Below are positions 43,648-53,493 of a stretch of 64,000 nt of DNA, piece by piece. How positions within the stretch are numbered: the first letter of the stretch is position 1; each line of letters begins with the position of its first letter. The position numbers were made by a program, and so were the translations under genes. The stretch comes from Dehalococcoidia bacterium. Lineage in GTDB: Bacteria; Chloroflexota; Dehalococcoidia; Plut-88900. The notes below the pieces were generated by a model. The model was not told the DNA's origin. It did no database searches and worked only from the letters and a program-made list of their open reading frames with translations. The stretch spans positions 3,008,001-3,072,000 of the forward strand of contig OZ240219.1 of NCBI GenBank assembly GCA_965197645.1, given 5' to 3'.

Positions 43648-43930
43648 GCTTTTCTGACCGCTGCCGCCCCAGGCCATCTTTTCCGAGTGCGCCGTCTGGC
43701 GGGGACTCGAAGGCAGGGGAGCGATTGATGGAACGGGGGACTGGCGCTCCCGCCACCCTTCTCGTAGATCTGTTCGAACTTTGTTGTCTACCGGATAACC
43801 GAGGACCGGCCACGTGGTTCAGCCCCCCGGACGCCTAATTGTGTCAGCCGGAAGCGGGCACCAAGCCGTCGTGCTCGACTAGCCAGAAGTGATTGTCCTC
43901 GATCTCCTTCTTGGCGGGGTTCACGTTCTA

Positions 43931-44017
43931 GGTGATGCGGATGCTCGCCTCGCTCAGCCTGGAGAGACGCTCCCGCAGGGCCTCTGTTTCGCGCATGGGT
44001 TCGCCGAATCGCTTCAT
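43931..44017 (-). pseudogene. Truncated 5' stub of the hybrid sensor kinase
   Basis: MKRFGEPMRETEALRERLSRLSEASIRIT then stop; identical to the start of 53020-50630. Confidence 0.9.
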
Positions 44018-44117
44018 CTCTTCACCTCGAAAGTAAGTGGAGGGCTCGATACTTATGCCTCTTTTGACCGGGTGGATTTCGAACTGACAGGGGCAATTAT
44101 GCCATTTCCAACTGATA

Positions 44118-44181
44118 ATCACAATAGGTCATAGAGAATCGCCCTAAAAGTCACAGACCAGTCATATTCAGCTTGTATAAT
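44118..44181 (+). promoter_or_regulatory. OmpR/PhoB-type activated promoter (phased TCAYA boxes + TATAAT)
   Basis: TCACA 44119, TCATA 44129, TCACA 44151, TCATA 44162, then TATAAT 44176-44181 with no consensus -35. Confidence 0.65.
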
Positions 44182-44490
44182 AGGAGCCGGCTTTTACCCA
44201 AAGACGGGAGAGATGTGGATGCCGCTCAAATGGCGACTACCTGCTATAGAGAAAGACCGCAAGACGACCGATCCCAACCATCCCCTTAGGCCGAGCCTCG
44301 ACTGCCACCATGCCCGTCTGGCCGCAAAGCACTCCACAGAGCAGGACCATAGATGACCCCCTCCTTTAGCCAAAGACTCCCCATCCTGCCGGTAGCCCTC
44401 ACTGCGCTCAATGAGCCCTGGTTACAACCACGAGGCCATCAAGACGAAGGATAGCTTCGGGGCACAGTTAGTGTCGCATTAAGGAAGATC

Positions 44491-46551
44491 ATGAAGTCCC
44501 ACTGCTTTCGGATACTCTACAGTGTAACCATTCTCCTGGTCACGTCCCTCTTCATCTTCACGGCGGCGACCGTCTTGGCCGACTCCGACGACGATAACCA
44601 GGGGTCCCAGGAGGAAACGGAGCGCTGTCCCTGGTGTCAGCCCCCGACTCAGACCCCGACTTCCGTTCCGTCTCCAACGCCAACATCCACCACCGTGCCT
44701 ACCACCGTGCCCACGGCAACGTCGACCCCTACTCCCAACCCCACCCCCATTGCTACGCCAGTCCGTCCCCTTCCTCCAGTTCCTACCGGAGTCGAAGTCG
44801 ACAGCTCCACTTGTACTTCCATCCTGCTAGTTTGGGATGAGATGAGTGGCGTCAGCCAATACGGTGTGATCTGGGGAGAAGAAGGAGTGGAGACCAGAGA
44901 GGCCAGAGAAGAGCGTGTACCCGGAGGGCCCAACGCATTAAAATACCTCGCCGACCTGGAGCCCGGCACCCGCTACCACTTCAGGGTCCGGGCCTATGGG
45001 GACGGCGGTACATACCGCCAGGGCTGGGGACCGCTGTCCGGTACAGTTTACGGCCAGACGAACGAGCTGAACACCTGCGAAATCCCTACACCTACTCCCA
45101 CGCCCACGCCTATGCCTACTCCCACACCCACACCCACACCCACACCCACACCCACGCCTACGCCTACGCCTACGCCTATGCCTACTCCTACGCCCACTCC
45201 CACTCCTACGCCCACTCCCACTCCCACGCCCACTCCTACGCCCACTCCAAACCTGCCCACCGCGGACGACTGCGACCGCAACATCGCAGTCCTGAACCGG
45301 AAAGAGAAAATCAATGACGAGCTGCGCGGGGACTGCCGGGCACTGCTGACCGCTATCGTCGCCATGAAGGGCACCAACCCGGCGCCTGATCTCAACTGGG
45401 GCACTGCCGGACACCTGTCCTCGGCCTGGGACGGCGTTACCGTCGAAACCATCGGGGGCAAAAGCCGCATTACCGGCCTCGACCTGAGCGACAAGGGTAT
45501 CGATGGCACCCTGGCTTCGGCCCTCGCAGACCTGACGGCACTGAAGCACCTGGACCTGTCCGACAACGCCATGGGCGGAACGATAAGCACGGGGAAGATC
45601 CCGGCCAGCGAACTGCGGACCCTGGACCTATCAAATAACGCTTTTACCGGAAAGCTGCCCAGTTCAATGCTGGCGTTTTGGCAGGCAACCTCGATTGACC
45701 TGTCCAACAATCGCTTCACGGGCCCGATACCGAGGGATCTGCACGTCCTGGCGGGATTCAACCTCACATCCCTCTACCTGGCGGGTAACCTTCTCGACGG
45801 ATGTTTAAACAACACACAGGAGGACTCGTTTGCGATGATTCCCAACAACGATATCAGCAGCCTGGCCTGCTACACCGCTCCCGTCGTTCAGACAAGTAAC
45901 ACCTGCGAGGTCCTCTTTGCCAGGCCTGGGTCGAAACTTAGTGACGACGAAACCATAACAGCCTCGGACGGCTCGACGCACTACATCAAGGTTAAGATAC
46001 TGGCCCCCCGTGTTCCTAACACCGAGCTATACTGCACACAAGCCAAGATGAAGGTGCAGGCTACGCCAGGGGCAAGCGCCTTGGAGTGGAACGTCAACAT
46101 ATATGGCGCTGAGCTAATCTACTTCGCCAGCACGCCTGCACAGATCGGAGCAATGACCCTGACCGAGTTCAACGACTCCCTGAACAGCTGGCAAAGCCGC
46201 GAGAACTCCGACCATGAGAGAGCGGAGAACGACTGTACCGTTTGCCAGGGTGGGACTATCATGACGGAGCCCGTTTACGGTGAGCGCGGCTACTACAAAA
46301 AGCACCGCTTCGACCTGAGCGGTTTCTACAGGTATACAGTAGGGGAGACCGTGCACGTACACGATGAGACGTTGCGATGGTTCACGGAACACAGGGCCGC
46401 TCCTATCACCATTGGTGTTCCACCTGCCCTAACGAAATTACAGTACCAGGCCGGTGAACTAACTGGACACATCATTAACTCTTTGGTGGGCGAGGCGCTT
46501 GAACGTGTAAGGGGCTGGATTAGTGATGAGTTCGGCATACCCTATCCATAG
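44491..46551 (+). CDS. Secreted FN3-(Pro-Thr)n-leucine-rich-repeat protein, C-terminal variant 1
   Basis: Signal peptide ...TVLA-DS; FN3 ([14 protein letters not shown]); PT linker; plant-type LRRs ([38 protein letters not shown]); 225-aa unique C-terminus. Confidence 0.9.
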   Translation: MKSHCFRILYSVTILLVTSLFIFTAATVLADSDDDNQGSQEETERCPWCQPPTQTPTSVPSPTPTSTTVPTTVPTATSTPTPNPTPIATPVRPLPPVPTGVEVDSSTCTSILLVWDEMSGVSQYGVIWGEEGVETREAREERVPGGPNALKYLADLEPGTRYHFRVRAYGDGGTYRQGWGPLSGTVYGQTNELNTCEIPTPTPTPTPMPTPTPTPTPTPTPTPTPTPTPMPTPTPTPTPTPTPTPTPTPTPTPNLPTADDCDRNIAVLNRKEKINDELRGDCRALLTAIVAMKGTNPAPDLNWGTAGHLSSAWDGVTVETIGGKSRITGLDLSDKGIDGTLASALADLTALKHLDLSDNAMGGTISTGKIPASELRTLDLSNNAFTGKLPSSMLAFWQATSIDLSNNRFTGPIPRDLHVLAGFNLTSLYLAGNLLDGCLNNTQEDSFAMIPNNDISSLACYTAPVVQTSNTCEVLFARPGSKLSDDETITASDGSTHYIKVKILAPRVPNTELYCTQAKMKVQATPGASALEWNVNIYGAELIYFASTPAQIGAMTLTEFNDSLNSWQSRENSDHERAENDCTVCQGGTIMTEPVYGERGYYKKHRFDLSGFYRYTVGETVHVHDETLRWFTEHRAAPITIGVPPALTKLQYQAGELTGHIINSLVGEALERVRGWISDEFGIPYP
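45085..45249 (+). repeat. Pro-Thr hexanucleotide tandem repeat (55 codons)
   Basis: CCNACN repeats; 65 codons in copy 2. Confidence 0.95.
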
Positions 46552-46560
46552 GAGGTTGAA

Positions 46561-47277
46561 ATGAGCAGGCTACTTTCAAACAGCTATCGCATGTGGTTAG
46601 CTAGGTTGGCCGTCGTCCTGGTAGCTGCGGGCGGCGGGCTGGCCTGGTGGACACTCGCCGGCGATGATGAGTTTATCGACGCTAACGTGACAGCTCAAGC
46701 CTGTCAGCAATTGCCGCCCGTAACGGACTACGACATTAGGTCCCACATCGAGATGATGGAAGACGGGGTTAAGACCGTGAGCGGGGACATGTATATACAT
46801 GTGTCCGGCAACGAGCACCACATGGTCGTCGACGCACAACATGGCTATGAAAAGTGGGAACGTCTCGTCGTTGACCGGACCGTTTACGATCGCCGAGGTA
46901 TTGGGCCTTGGAAGACGCTAATAGAAAACACCAGCACGGGCCTGACCTACCCTTCCCGACCGGAAGATATCTGTCCCGACAACCTGGCCTCATTCACCTA
47001 TGCGGATACTGACACTGTTGACGGCCAAGCCACGAAACGGTTCACGGCCCAGAACCTTTACAATCCCGGGACTGTCGATACGGTCCTGCCCAAACAGGGG
47101 GAGAACGAAAAGGAATGGGACTGGCAGTTGTGGGTGGATGATAAAGGCTACCTGGTTAAGGCATCTTTTCTCAGCGTGTCAGCAAAGGTAGAAGGCACGC
47201 TCCATAGCACCATGAAGATAACCAACTTCTTCTCCGGATTCAACGATCCCAACATCCTGCCCAACCCTGAGGAGTAA
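46561..47277 (+). CDS. Membrane-anchored LolA/LppX-like beta protein, paralogue 1 (subfamily A)
   Basis: LLSNSYRMW leader, TM helix, ACQ...ICP Cys pair, DTVDGQATKRF, WQLWVDDKGYLVK, FSGFNDPN. Confidence 0.7.
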   Translation: MSRLLSNSYRMWLARLAVVLVAAGGGLAWWTLAGDDEFIDANVTAQACQQLPPVTDYDIRSHIEMMEDGVKTVSGDMYIHVSGNEHHMVVDAQHGYEKWERLVVDRTVYDRRGIGPWKTLIENTSTGLTYPSRPEDICPDNLASFTYADTDTVDGQATKRFTAQNLYNPGTVDTVLPKQGENEKEWDWQLWVDDKGYLVKASFLSVSAKVEGTLHSTMKITNFFSGFNDPNILPNPEE

Positions 47278-47286
47278 AGGAGAGAG

Positions 47287-47979
47287 ATGAAGCGCATCGC
47301 GGTTGTCGCCGTGCTGGCCTTTGCCGCCCTTGGCGGCGGCCTGGCGTGGTGGGCGTTCTCTGGCGATGATGAGTTTATCGACGCTGATGTGACAGCCCAG
47401 GCCTGCCAGGAATTGCCGCCCGTAACGGACTATGACGTGAGGGCCTACATCGAGGTGATGGAAGATGGGGTTAAGACCGTGAGCGGGGACACGTACATAC
47501 AAGTGTCCGGTGAAGATGTTTACCGAGTCACTGAAGCGCAACACGGTTACGAAAAGTCAGAACACCTCACCGTTGACCGGACCCGTTACAGACGCCGAGG
47601 CAATGGGCCTTGGACGAAGACAGGTGAGAACAAAGGCATGTCCTTGACCTACCCGGTGCGACCGGAAGATATCTGCCCTGACAACCTGGCCTCATTCACC
47701 TATGCGGACAGTGACACGGTGGACGGCCAGGCCACAAAGCGGTTAACGGCTCAGAACCTGTACAACCCTACAATCGTCGATACGGCCTTGCCACAGCAGG
47801 GTGAGGCCGAAAAGGAATGGGACTGGCAGTTGTGGATAGATGATAAAGGCTACCTGGTTAAGGCATCTTTCCTCAGCGTGCCGGCAAAGGTAGAAGGCAC
47901 GCCCCATCACACTATGAAGATGACCATATTCTACTCCGGGTTCGGCGAGCCGAACGTCCTGCCCAACCCGGAGCAATGA
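47287..47979 (+). CDS. LolA/LppX-like paralogue 2 (subfamily A)
   Basis: Closely similar to 46561-47277 over the mature region. Confidence 0.75.
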   Translation: MKRIAVVAVLAFAALGGGLAWWAFSGDDEFIDADVTAQACQELPPVTDYDVRAYIEVMEDGVKTVSGDTYIQVSGEDVYRVTEAQHGYEKSEHLTVDRTRYRRRGNGPWTKTGENKGMSLTYPVRPEDICPDNLASFTYADSDTVDGQATKRLTAQNLYNPTIVDTALPQQGEAEKEWDWQLWIDDKGYLVKASFLSVPAKVEGTPHHTMKMTIFYSGFGEPNVLPNPEQ

Positions 47980-47982
47980 TAG

Positions 47983-48707
47983 ATGGGCGTACTTGTATCC
48001 AACAGCTATCGAATGTGGGCGCCGCGGCTGGTTGTCGTGCTGGTCGCCGTGGGCGGCGGGGTTAGCTCGTGGGCCCTCTCTGGCGAAGACGATCTCTTGG
48101 AGGCCAGCGGCGCACTGCAGCGGGCCTGCCAGCAGGCCAAGTCTCTCCAAGACGTGGACGCCCTCATGCACTGGGAGTCCACACGAGATGAGAAACCCGA
48201 CTTTATCCGGATCCTCGAGCTCCAGGTCTCCGGCGACAACACCCTAGTCCTATGGGACGAACGCCCTGGAGAGGCTGAGCTTTACATGGCCGGGACGCTC
48301 TACAAGCGTTCTGCGGGCGGCGAGTGGACGAAGAAGGGAAGAACCGGCGCCTACGAGGACTTCTTCACGCTTCCCCTGAACACCAAGAGCCTCTGCCCGG
48401 AGCTAGCCAACTTCACCTACGCCGCAACGACAAGCTGGACGACCAGAACACCAAGAAGTTCACGGCCCCCACCCTCTCCGGCGAGCCCTACGGCGATCCG
48501 TCTAAGGATGAAGACCTACAGGAGAATTGGGACTGGGAGATATGGATAGACGAGGAAGGCTACATCATCAAGGCGGCCTTTACCACGATAGGCGGCAACG
48601 ATAAATCTTATACCACCGTCACCCTCTCCGGCCACGAAGAGCCTAACGTCATTGCCGCCCCGTCATCCCACAGGAGTAAAGAGCCATTAGCTACCTGGCG
48701 GACATAA
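47983..48707 (+). pseudogene. LolA/LppX-like paralogue 3 (subfamily B), 1-nt frameshift near 48424
   Basis: VSNSYRMW leader; WDERPGEAELY; second half DKLDDQNTKKF...WEIWIDEEGY is in another frame. Confidence 0.8.
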
Positions 48708-48742
48708 GGCAGCAACGCAAGTACCGCTGGCCCGTCATAGTC

Positions 48743-49582
48743 GTGCTTGTCGTGCCCTTCCTGTTCTCCCTCATTTACGCCGTGCCGGCAGTGGTGGGGC
48801 GGATAATCCTGCTGTCTATAGACCACGGGTACGTATGGGCCACGTCCATTGATTATGGATTGGCGGCTGGTCCGTTGGTGGTGCTCGTTCCCATCCTGGT
48901 GAGGGTGCGGCAGCGGCTCCTGCTACATGTCGTTGGCTTCTGGCTATTCATGTTGACGTTTTGCTTTGTATTGAGTGCGTCGAGCTCGGATTGGGGCGGA
49001 CTCGGGAGATTGCGCTTCAGTCACGGAGTGCCGTTGTACGTCGACGCCGTTGTGAGTGTCGGGCTATTCGTCTTCACTGTCGCCTATGCTCGCCGATTCT
49101 ACAGCCGGCTGATACCCTTTACGCTGCTGGCTCTCGGTCCCAACCTGACCTACCCGTTATCGCTGCTCCGATGGGTACGACGGGACCACAACCTGCAGCT
49201 GCTCAACATCATCGATCTGCTCGTCGTTGCTGGGGCGTTTCTGGTCGTCTGGGGCGTCGTGCGGCTGAAGGAGACGGACGGTCTGCCGTGGCGGGCTATT
49301 GTCCTGCTCTTGGGGGACTGGGTGGCACTTACCGTCGCCGAGAGGGCACTGTTCGGCGGGTTGGGAGTAACCCTCTTAGACTTGGGGCTAGCGTTTTACG
49401 TGGTTGCTTGGGATGTGTTCCATCTGGGGTTGACCCTGGCGCCGGCGTTCCTGGTGGTCCGGGCGTTGAGAAGGGCGCAAGGCCCGCCTGCGCCCCTCCA
49501 CGGCCCGCGCCCACCGCCCGTACGGGTATTCCAGCTGCCCAAGGTCCGGACGGACTGGCGTGAGAAAGAGGTAGAGGAATGA
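48743..49582 (+). CDS. Polytopic membrane protein, unknown function (start uncertain)
   Basis: About 7-8 hydrophobic helices; ATGA overlap with the next fragment. Confidence 0.6.
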   Translation: MLVVPFLFSLIYAVPAVVGRIILLSIDHGYVWATSIDYGLAAGPLVVLVPILVRVRQRLLLHVVGFWLFMLTFCFVLSASSSDWGGLGRLRFSHGVPLYVDAVVSVGLFVFTVAYARRFYSRLIPFTLLALGPNLTYPLSLLRWVRRDHNLQLLNIIDLLVVAGAFLVVWGVVRLKETDGLPWRAIVLLLGDWVALTVAERALFGGLGVTLLDLGLAFYVVAWDVFHLGLTLAPAFLVVRALRRAQGPPAPLHGPRPPPVRVFQLPKVRTDWREKEVEE

Positions 49583-49675
49583 CAGAGCCCAACTTCCAGA
49601 ACCGCACCCTCTACCACAGCAACAACCTGGACTTGCTCGCGGCATGAACTCGGAGACGATAGACCTCATATAGAC
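49579..49675 (+). pseudogene. N-terminal fragment of an N6/N4 DNA methyltransferase
   Basis: MTEPNFQNRTLYHSNNLDLL/RGMNSETIDLI* matches the NRTLxxGDNLxxLRGMNSETVDLIxxDPPF pattern; frameshifted and cut before DPPF. Confidence 0.7.
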
Positions 49676-49676
49676 C

Positions 49677-50280
49677 AGCGGGGCCCGGGAGCGGGCCTGC
49701 CTCCAAGCCGAGACGATTGAGGAAGTCGATATAAGCGTGTTGATCACTATGGCAGCCGACTGCAAGCTCGTCGACCAGAGGTACGCCACCCTCTACATCT
49801 CCGGCGAGAACATAACATGTGATCACTGAAACAAGCCTGGAGATCGATGCACAGGAAGAGCTCTACCTTGATGGGGCCATGTACATGCTCCGCGCGGACG
49901 GCAAATGGGAGAAAACAGGGGAGACAATAATTTCCTGTAATCCCATCGGCTTTGGATACAAATACAGAAGCATCTGCCCGGACCTAGCCAACTTTACCTA
50001 TGCGGGTGTCGACAAGCTGGACGACGACAACACGAATCAGTTCACTGCCCCAACCTGCTCCGGCGAGCCGTACAGTGAAGATCCGCCGGTTGGAGGAGAA
50101 GGAAGGGAACTGCGGGACTGGGAGATATGGGTCGATGAGGACGGCTACATCCTCAAGATGACTTACCGTTTCGTGGGGGCCAAGTGGGACGACTTATCCC
50201 ATACCACGCCCGACATCACCCTTCTCAACTCCGGCCACGGCGAGGCCAATGTTCTACCCTATCCCAACCCCATGGAATAG
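49677..50280 (+). pseudogene. LolA/LppX-like paralogue 4 (subfamily B), leader lost and frameshifted near 49815
   Basis: SGARERACLQAETIEEVD...ISGEN, then ICPDLANFTYAGVDKLD...WEIWVDEDGY. Confidence 0.75.
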
Positions 50281-50284
50281 ATGA

Positions 50285-50335
50285 ATGAAAGTGCTCCTTT
50301 CCAACAGCTACCGCATGTGGATGCTCAGGCTGGAT
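50285..50335 (+). pseudogene. Leader-only stub of a fifth LolA/LppX-like paralogue
   Basis: MKVLLSNSYRMWMLRL, cut off by the inverted regulator fragment. Confidence 0.75.
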
Positions 50336-50500
50336 GGTCCTCCGGCGGGCGATGTCCACGGTCAACTCCCCACCGTCCGGGATTCGGTGGGCTCTGGTCC
50401 CTCCGGGCCTACGCAGTAAGGCCCGTATCCTAACCGCCAACTCCGCGAGAGAGAAGGTCTTGCCTCCCTCACTAGCCAGCATTTCGCGTACATACAGTTG
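50336..50500 (-). pseudogene. OmpR-family response regulator fragment
   Basis: YVREMLASEG|GKTFSLAELAVRIRALLRR...GELTVDIARR. Confidence 0.7.
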
Positions 50501-50629
50501 GTGCCATACCGAATAGCCTATCTATATCAGAATCTCCCATAGAATAGTTGACAATCGAGTACGTTCAGATTTACCAAGAGTGATGGAAGCGAGCGTCTTC
50601 AGGTCTAACACAAACACCCTCTCGGCCCA

Positions 50630-53020
50630 CTACGGCTCCCCCTGCCTCTTCCCCTTCGGCATCCGGTAGCCCACCCGAGGCTCTGTAAAGATGTAAGTCG
50701 GGTTGTCGGCGTCGTCTCCCAGCTTGCGACGGAGCTTCTTTACTACGGTGCGCATGGGCCGAAGGTCGCCTCCGCTCTTCTCTCCCCAGACCAGCCGCAG
50801 CAGATTCTCGTAGGTCACCACCCGTCCGCCGTTCCTCGAAAGCTCCGTCAGCATCCGGTACTCGATTGCCATCAGCTCGACCAGACGATCCGCAAGCGTC
50901 ACACGGCGGTCGGCGTAGTCGATTGTCAGGTCGCCGAGCACATACGGCTTTAATGGCTCTGAAACCGCTCGCTTGCGCAGCGCCGCTCTGATTCTCGCGT
51001 CCAACTCAGACGGCGAGAAGGGCTTGACGACGTAATCCACGGCACCCATGTCGAAGGCACTGACGATGAGTTCCTCTTGGCCGTACGCGGACAGGAAGAT
51101 GACCGGCACGTCGGTTACCGTGAGAACCTCCTTCATCAACTCGATCCCATCGGTGCCCGGCAGCATCAAGTCGAGAAGGACCAGATCGGGCTTCTCTTCT
51201 TGCATGAGATGGAGCGCGTCCTCAGAGTCTCCGGTCACTATCGGCTCGTAGCCCGCCTTGGTGAGGGTGTCGCGGACGTACCGCAAGTCCTGGGGGTCAT
51301 CGTCCACCGCGAGGACACGCACCAGTTCCTCTCCCTCCCTCTCCGTTCGCCGAGAGGAGCGGGGCGGGAGCGGAGGGATGCTGCTGGCCATGTCCCTGCC
51401 GGCCTCCCCGATCGTTGGAAGCGTGAAAGAGAAACGGGCGCCCAGCCCCGGCCCGTCGCTCTCGGCCCAGATGCGGCCCCCGTGAGCCTCCACCATCCCC
51501 TTGCAGATGGCAAGGCCCAGGCCCGTGTCTCCCCCCCGGTCCTCGGCGTCGAGTCTCGAAAACTTCCTGAACAGGTGGGGCAGCCGCTCGGAGGGTATGC
51601 CCCTCCCCTCGTCGGCGACGGAGAAGACAACGTGAACGTCATCCCGCACGGCGGACAAACTGATGACCGACGACTCCTGGGAGTGCCTGGCCGCGTTGGT
51701 CAGCAGGTTGCCCAGTACCTGCACGATGCGCAGCCTGTCCGCCATCACCAGGGGCAGGCTCGGCTCGATGTCGATGTCGAGGTTGTTCTTGCCCCCTGCG
51801 CTGAAGAAGGCGTTTCTTGCCCGGTCCACCAGCGCGGCTGCCTCCGCGGGTTCGGGGTTGACTGTCAACGTGCCCGTCTCGATGCGCGCCACGTCTAGCA
51901 GGTCGGCGACAAGGCCGTGCATGTGGTCGGCCTGGTCCTCGATGATCCGAAAGAACTGGCGGACCACTGCGGGATCAAGGTCGGTGGTCGAACCCAGGGC
52001 GGTGGCGGCGGAGCCTTTGATGGAGGTCAGCGGGGCGCGCAGCTCATGGCTCACCATCGCCAGGAACTCGGCTCGCAGCCGCTCAAGCTCCTCCAGGTCC
52101 GTCATGTCCTGTAGGGTGACGACCACCGACTCCAACTCACCCCCCTCCGAGCGGATGGGAGTGGCGTTGACCAGGACGGTGACGCTCCGCCCATCGGGGA
52201 CCTGCATGACGATCTCCTCGGCCCGAATCGTCTCGCCCGTGCTCAGCGCCTGCGCCAGGGGAAACTCTTGCAGTGAGATGTCCCTCCCGTCGGCTCTCCG
52301 GTAAGTCAGCGTCTGAAGTAGCTGCTCTGCCGACTGGTCCAGGTTGCGCAACCCGTCGACGATCCTTCTCCCCTCCCTGTTAAGCGATGTGGGGAGTCCC
52401 GTCTTAGCATCGAAGACCACCACGCCGACGGGTGCCGTGTTCATCACCGTCTCAAGGTCGGCCCTGGCACGCTGCTCGTCCCGGTGCCTGCGGGCATTCG
52501 AGATGGCCATCGCCGCTTGCGACGCGAACATCAGCAGCGTGTCCTCGTCCTCCTGGGTGAACTCAACGCCGCCCTCCTTGTCCGTCACGCTGACGTTGCC
52601 GACATGCCTCCCCCTGTGACGGATGGGAGAACCGAGGTAGCTCCTCACCGGCCCCACTGGCGGGCCGACCTCGGAGAGGCCGACCGAGGCGATATGGGCG
52701 GAGAAGTCTGCCACCCTGACGGGCTCGGACATCCCGATCAGGTAGTAGAAGAACTCCATGCCGCCCTGCAGGGCGTAGATCTGCCGGTACTCCTCTTCGG
52801 TGATGCCGGAGGCGAGGAACGACTCCAGTTGCGCGGACTCGTCGAGGACGAGAAGGCATCCCCTGGTGGCGCCGGTCAGGGAGCGCGCCCCATCCAACAC
52901 CTCCTGCAACACTGTATCCAGGTCCAGATCCTCGGTGATGCGGATGCTCGCCTCGCTCAGCCTGGAGAGACGCTCCCGCAGGGCCTCTGTTTCGCGCATG
53001 GGTTCGCCGAATCGCTTCAT
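50630..53020 (-). CDS. Cytoplasmic hybrid sensor kinase/regulator GAF-PAS-HisKA-HATPase-REC-OmpR wHTH
   Basis: SHELRAPLTSIKG, NLLTNA, DEGRG, GTGLGL-like TGLGLAI, VDDD, LLDLMLPG, KPFS, YIFTEPRVGYR; no TM helices; ATG 53020 after GAGGTG. Confidence 0.93.
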   Translation of the reverse strand: MKRFGEPMRETEALRERLSRLSEASIRITEDLDLDTVLQEVLDGARSLTGATRGCLLVLDESAQLESFLASGITEEEYRQIYALQGGMEFFYYLIGMSEPVRVADFSAHIASVGLSEVGPPVGPVRSYLGSPIRHRGRHVGNVSVTDKEGGVEFTQEDEDTLLMFASQAAMAISNARRHRDEQRARADLETVMNTAPVGVVVFDAKTGLPTSLNREGRRIVDGLRNLDQSAEQLLQTLTYRRADGRDISLQEFPLAQALSTGETIRAEEIVMQVPDGRSVTVLVNATPIRSEGGELESVVVTLQDMTDLEELERLRAEFLAMVSHELRAPLTSIKGSAATALGSTTDLDPAVVRQFFRIIEDQADHMHGLVADLLDVARIETGTLTVNPEPAEAAALVDRARNAFFSAGGKNNLDIDIEPSLPLVMADRLRIVQVLGNLLTNAARHSQESSVISLSAVRDDVHVVFSVADEGRGIPSERLPHLFRKFSRLDAEDRGGDTGLGLAICKGMVEAHGGRIWAESDGPGLGARFSFTLPTIGEAGRDMASSIPPLPPRSSRRTEREGEELVRVLAVDDDPQDLRYVRDTLTKAGYEPIVTGDSEDALHLMQEEKPDLVLLDLMLPGTDGIELMKEVLTVTDVPVIFLSAYGQEELIVSAFDMGAVDYVVKPFSPSELDARIRAALRKRAVSEPLKPYVLGDLTIDYADRRVTLADRLVELMAIEYRMLTELSRNGGRVVTYENLLRLVWGEKSGGDLRPMRTVVKKLRRKLGDDADNPTYIFTEPRVGYRMPKGKRQGEP

Positions 53021-53120
53021 CTCTTCACCTCGAAAGTAAGTGGAGGGCTCGATACTTATGCCTCTTTTGACCGGGTGGATTTCGAACTGACAGGGGCAAT
53101 TATGCCATTTCCAACTGATA

Positions 53121-53184
53121 ATCACAATAGGTCATAGAGAATCGCCCTAAAAGTCACAGACCAGTCATATTCAGCTTGTATAAT
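53121..53184 (+). promoter_or_regulatory. Second copy of the OmpR/PhoB-type promoter
   Basis: Identical to 44118-44181. Confidence 0.65.
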
Positions 53185-53493
53185 AGGAGCCGGCTTTTAC
53201 CCAAAGACGGGAGAGATGTGGATGCCGCTCAAATGGCGACTACCTGCTATAGAGAAAGACCGCAAGACGACCGATCCCAACCATCCCCTTAGGCCGAGCC
53301 TCGACTGCCACCATGCCCGTCTGGCCGCAAAGCACTCCACAGAGCAGGACCATAGATGACCCCCTCCTTTAGCCAAAGACTCCCCATCCTGCCGGTAGCC
53401 CTCACTGCGCTCAATGAGCCCTGGTTACAACCACGAGGCCATCAAGACGAAGGATAGCTTCGGGGCACAGTTAGTGTCGCATTAAGGAAGATC

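Larger units (their letters stand above)
14607..43650. mobile_element. Integrative conjugative element core (transfer operon plus divergent replication/recombination/PRTRC operon); true left boundary probably lies further left and includes the defence island
   Basis: Replic_Relax, VirD4, VirB4, VirB2-like, PrgI and VirB6-like genes on the minus strand; primase to PRTRC on the plus strand. Homology with the relic copy at 57.2-58.7 kb ends at about 43650. Confidence 0.85.
43931..45873 (+). repeat. Copy 1 of a near-identical duplicated segment (kinase 5' end, promoter, LRR gene N-terminal part)
   Basis: Matches 52934-55287; offset 9003 at the start and 9414 at the end (381-bp FN3 duplication plus 30 bp of PT repeat in copy 2). 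Confidence 0.95.

Noticed and set aside
45048-45767. Minus-strand (GV)n and (GC/R)n ORFs, also at 54322-55181
   Set aside because: Antisense shadows of the Pro-Thr repeat
46231-46250. CxxC in the LRR C-terminal domains as a heme c site
   Set aside because: The motif is CxxCQ/CxxCR and lacks the required His
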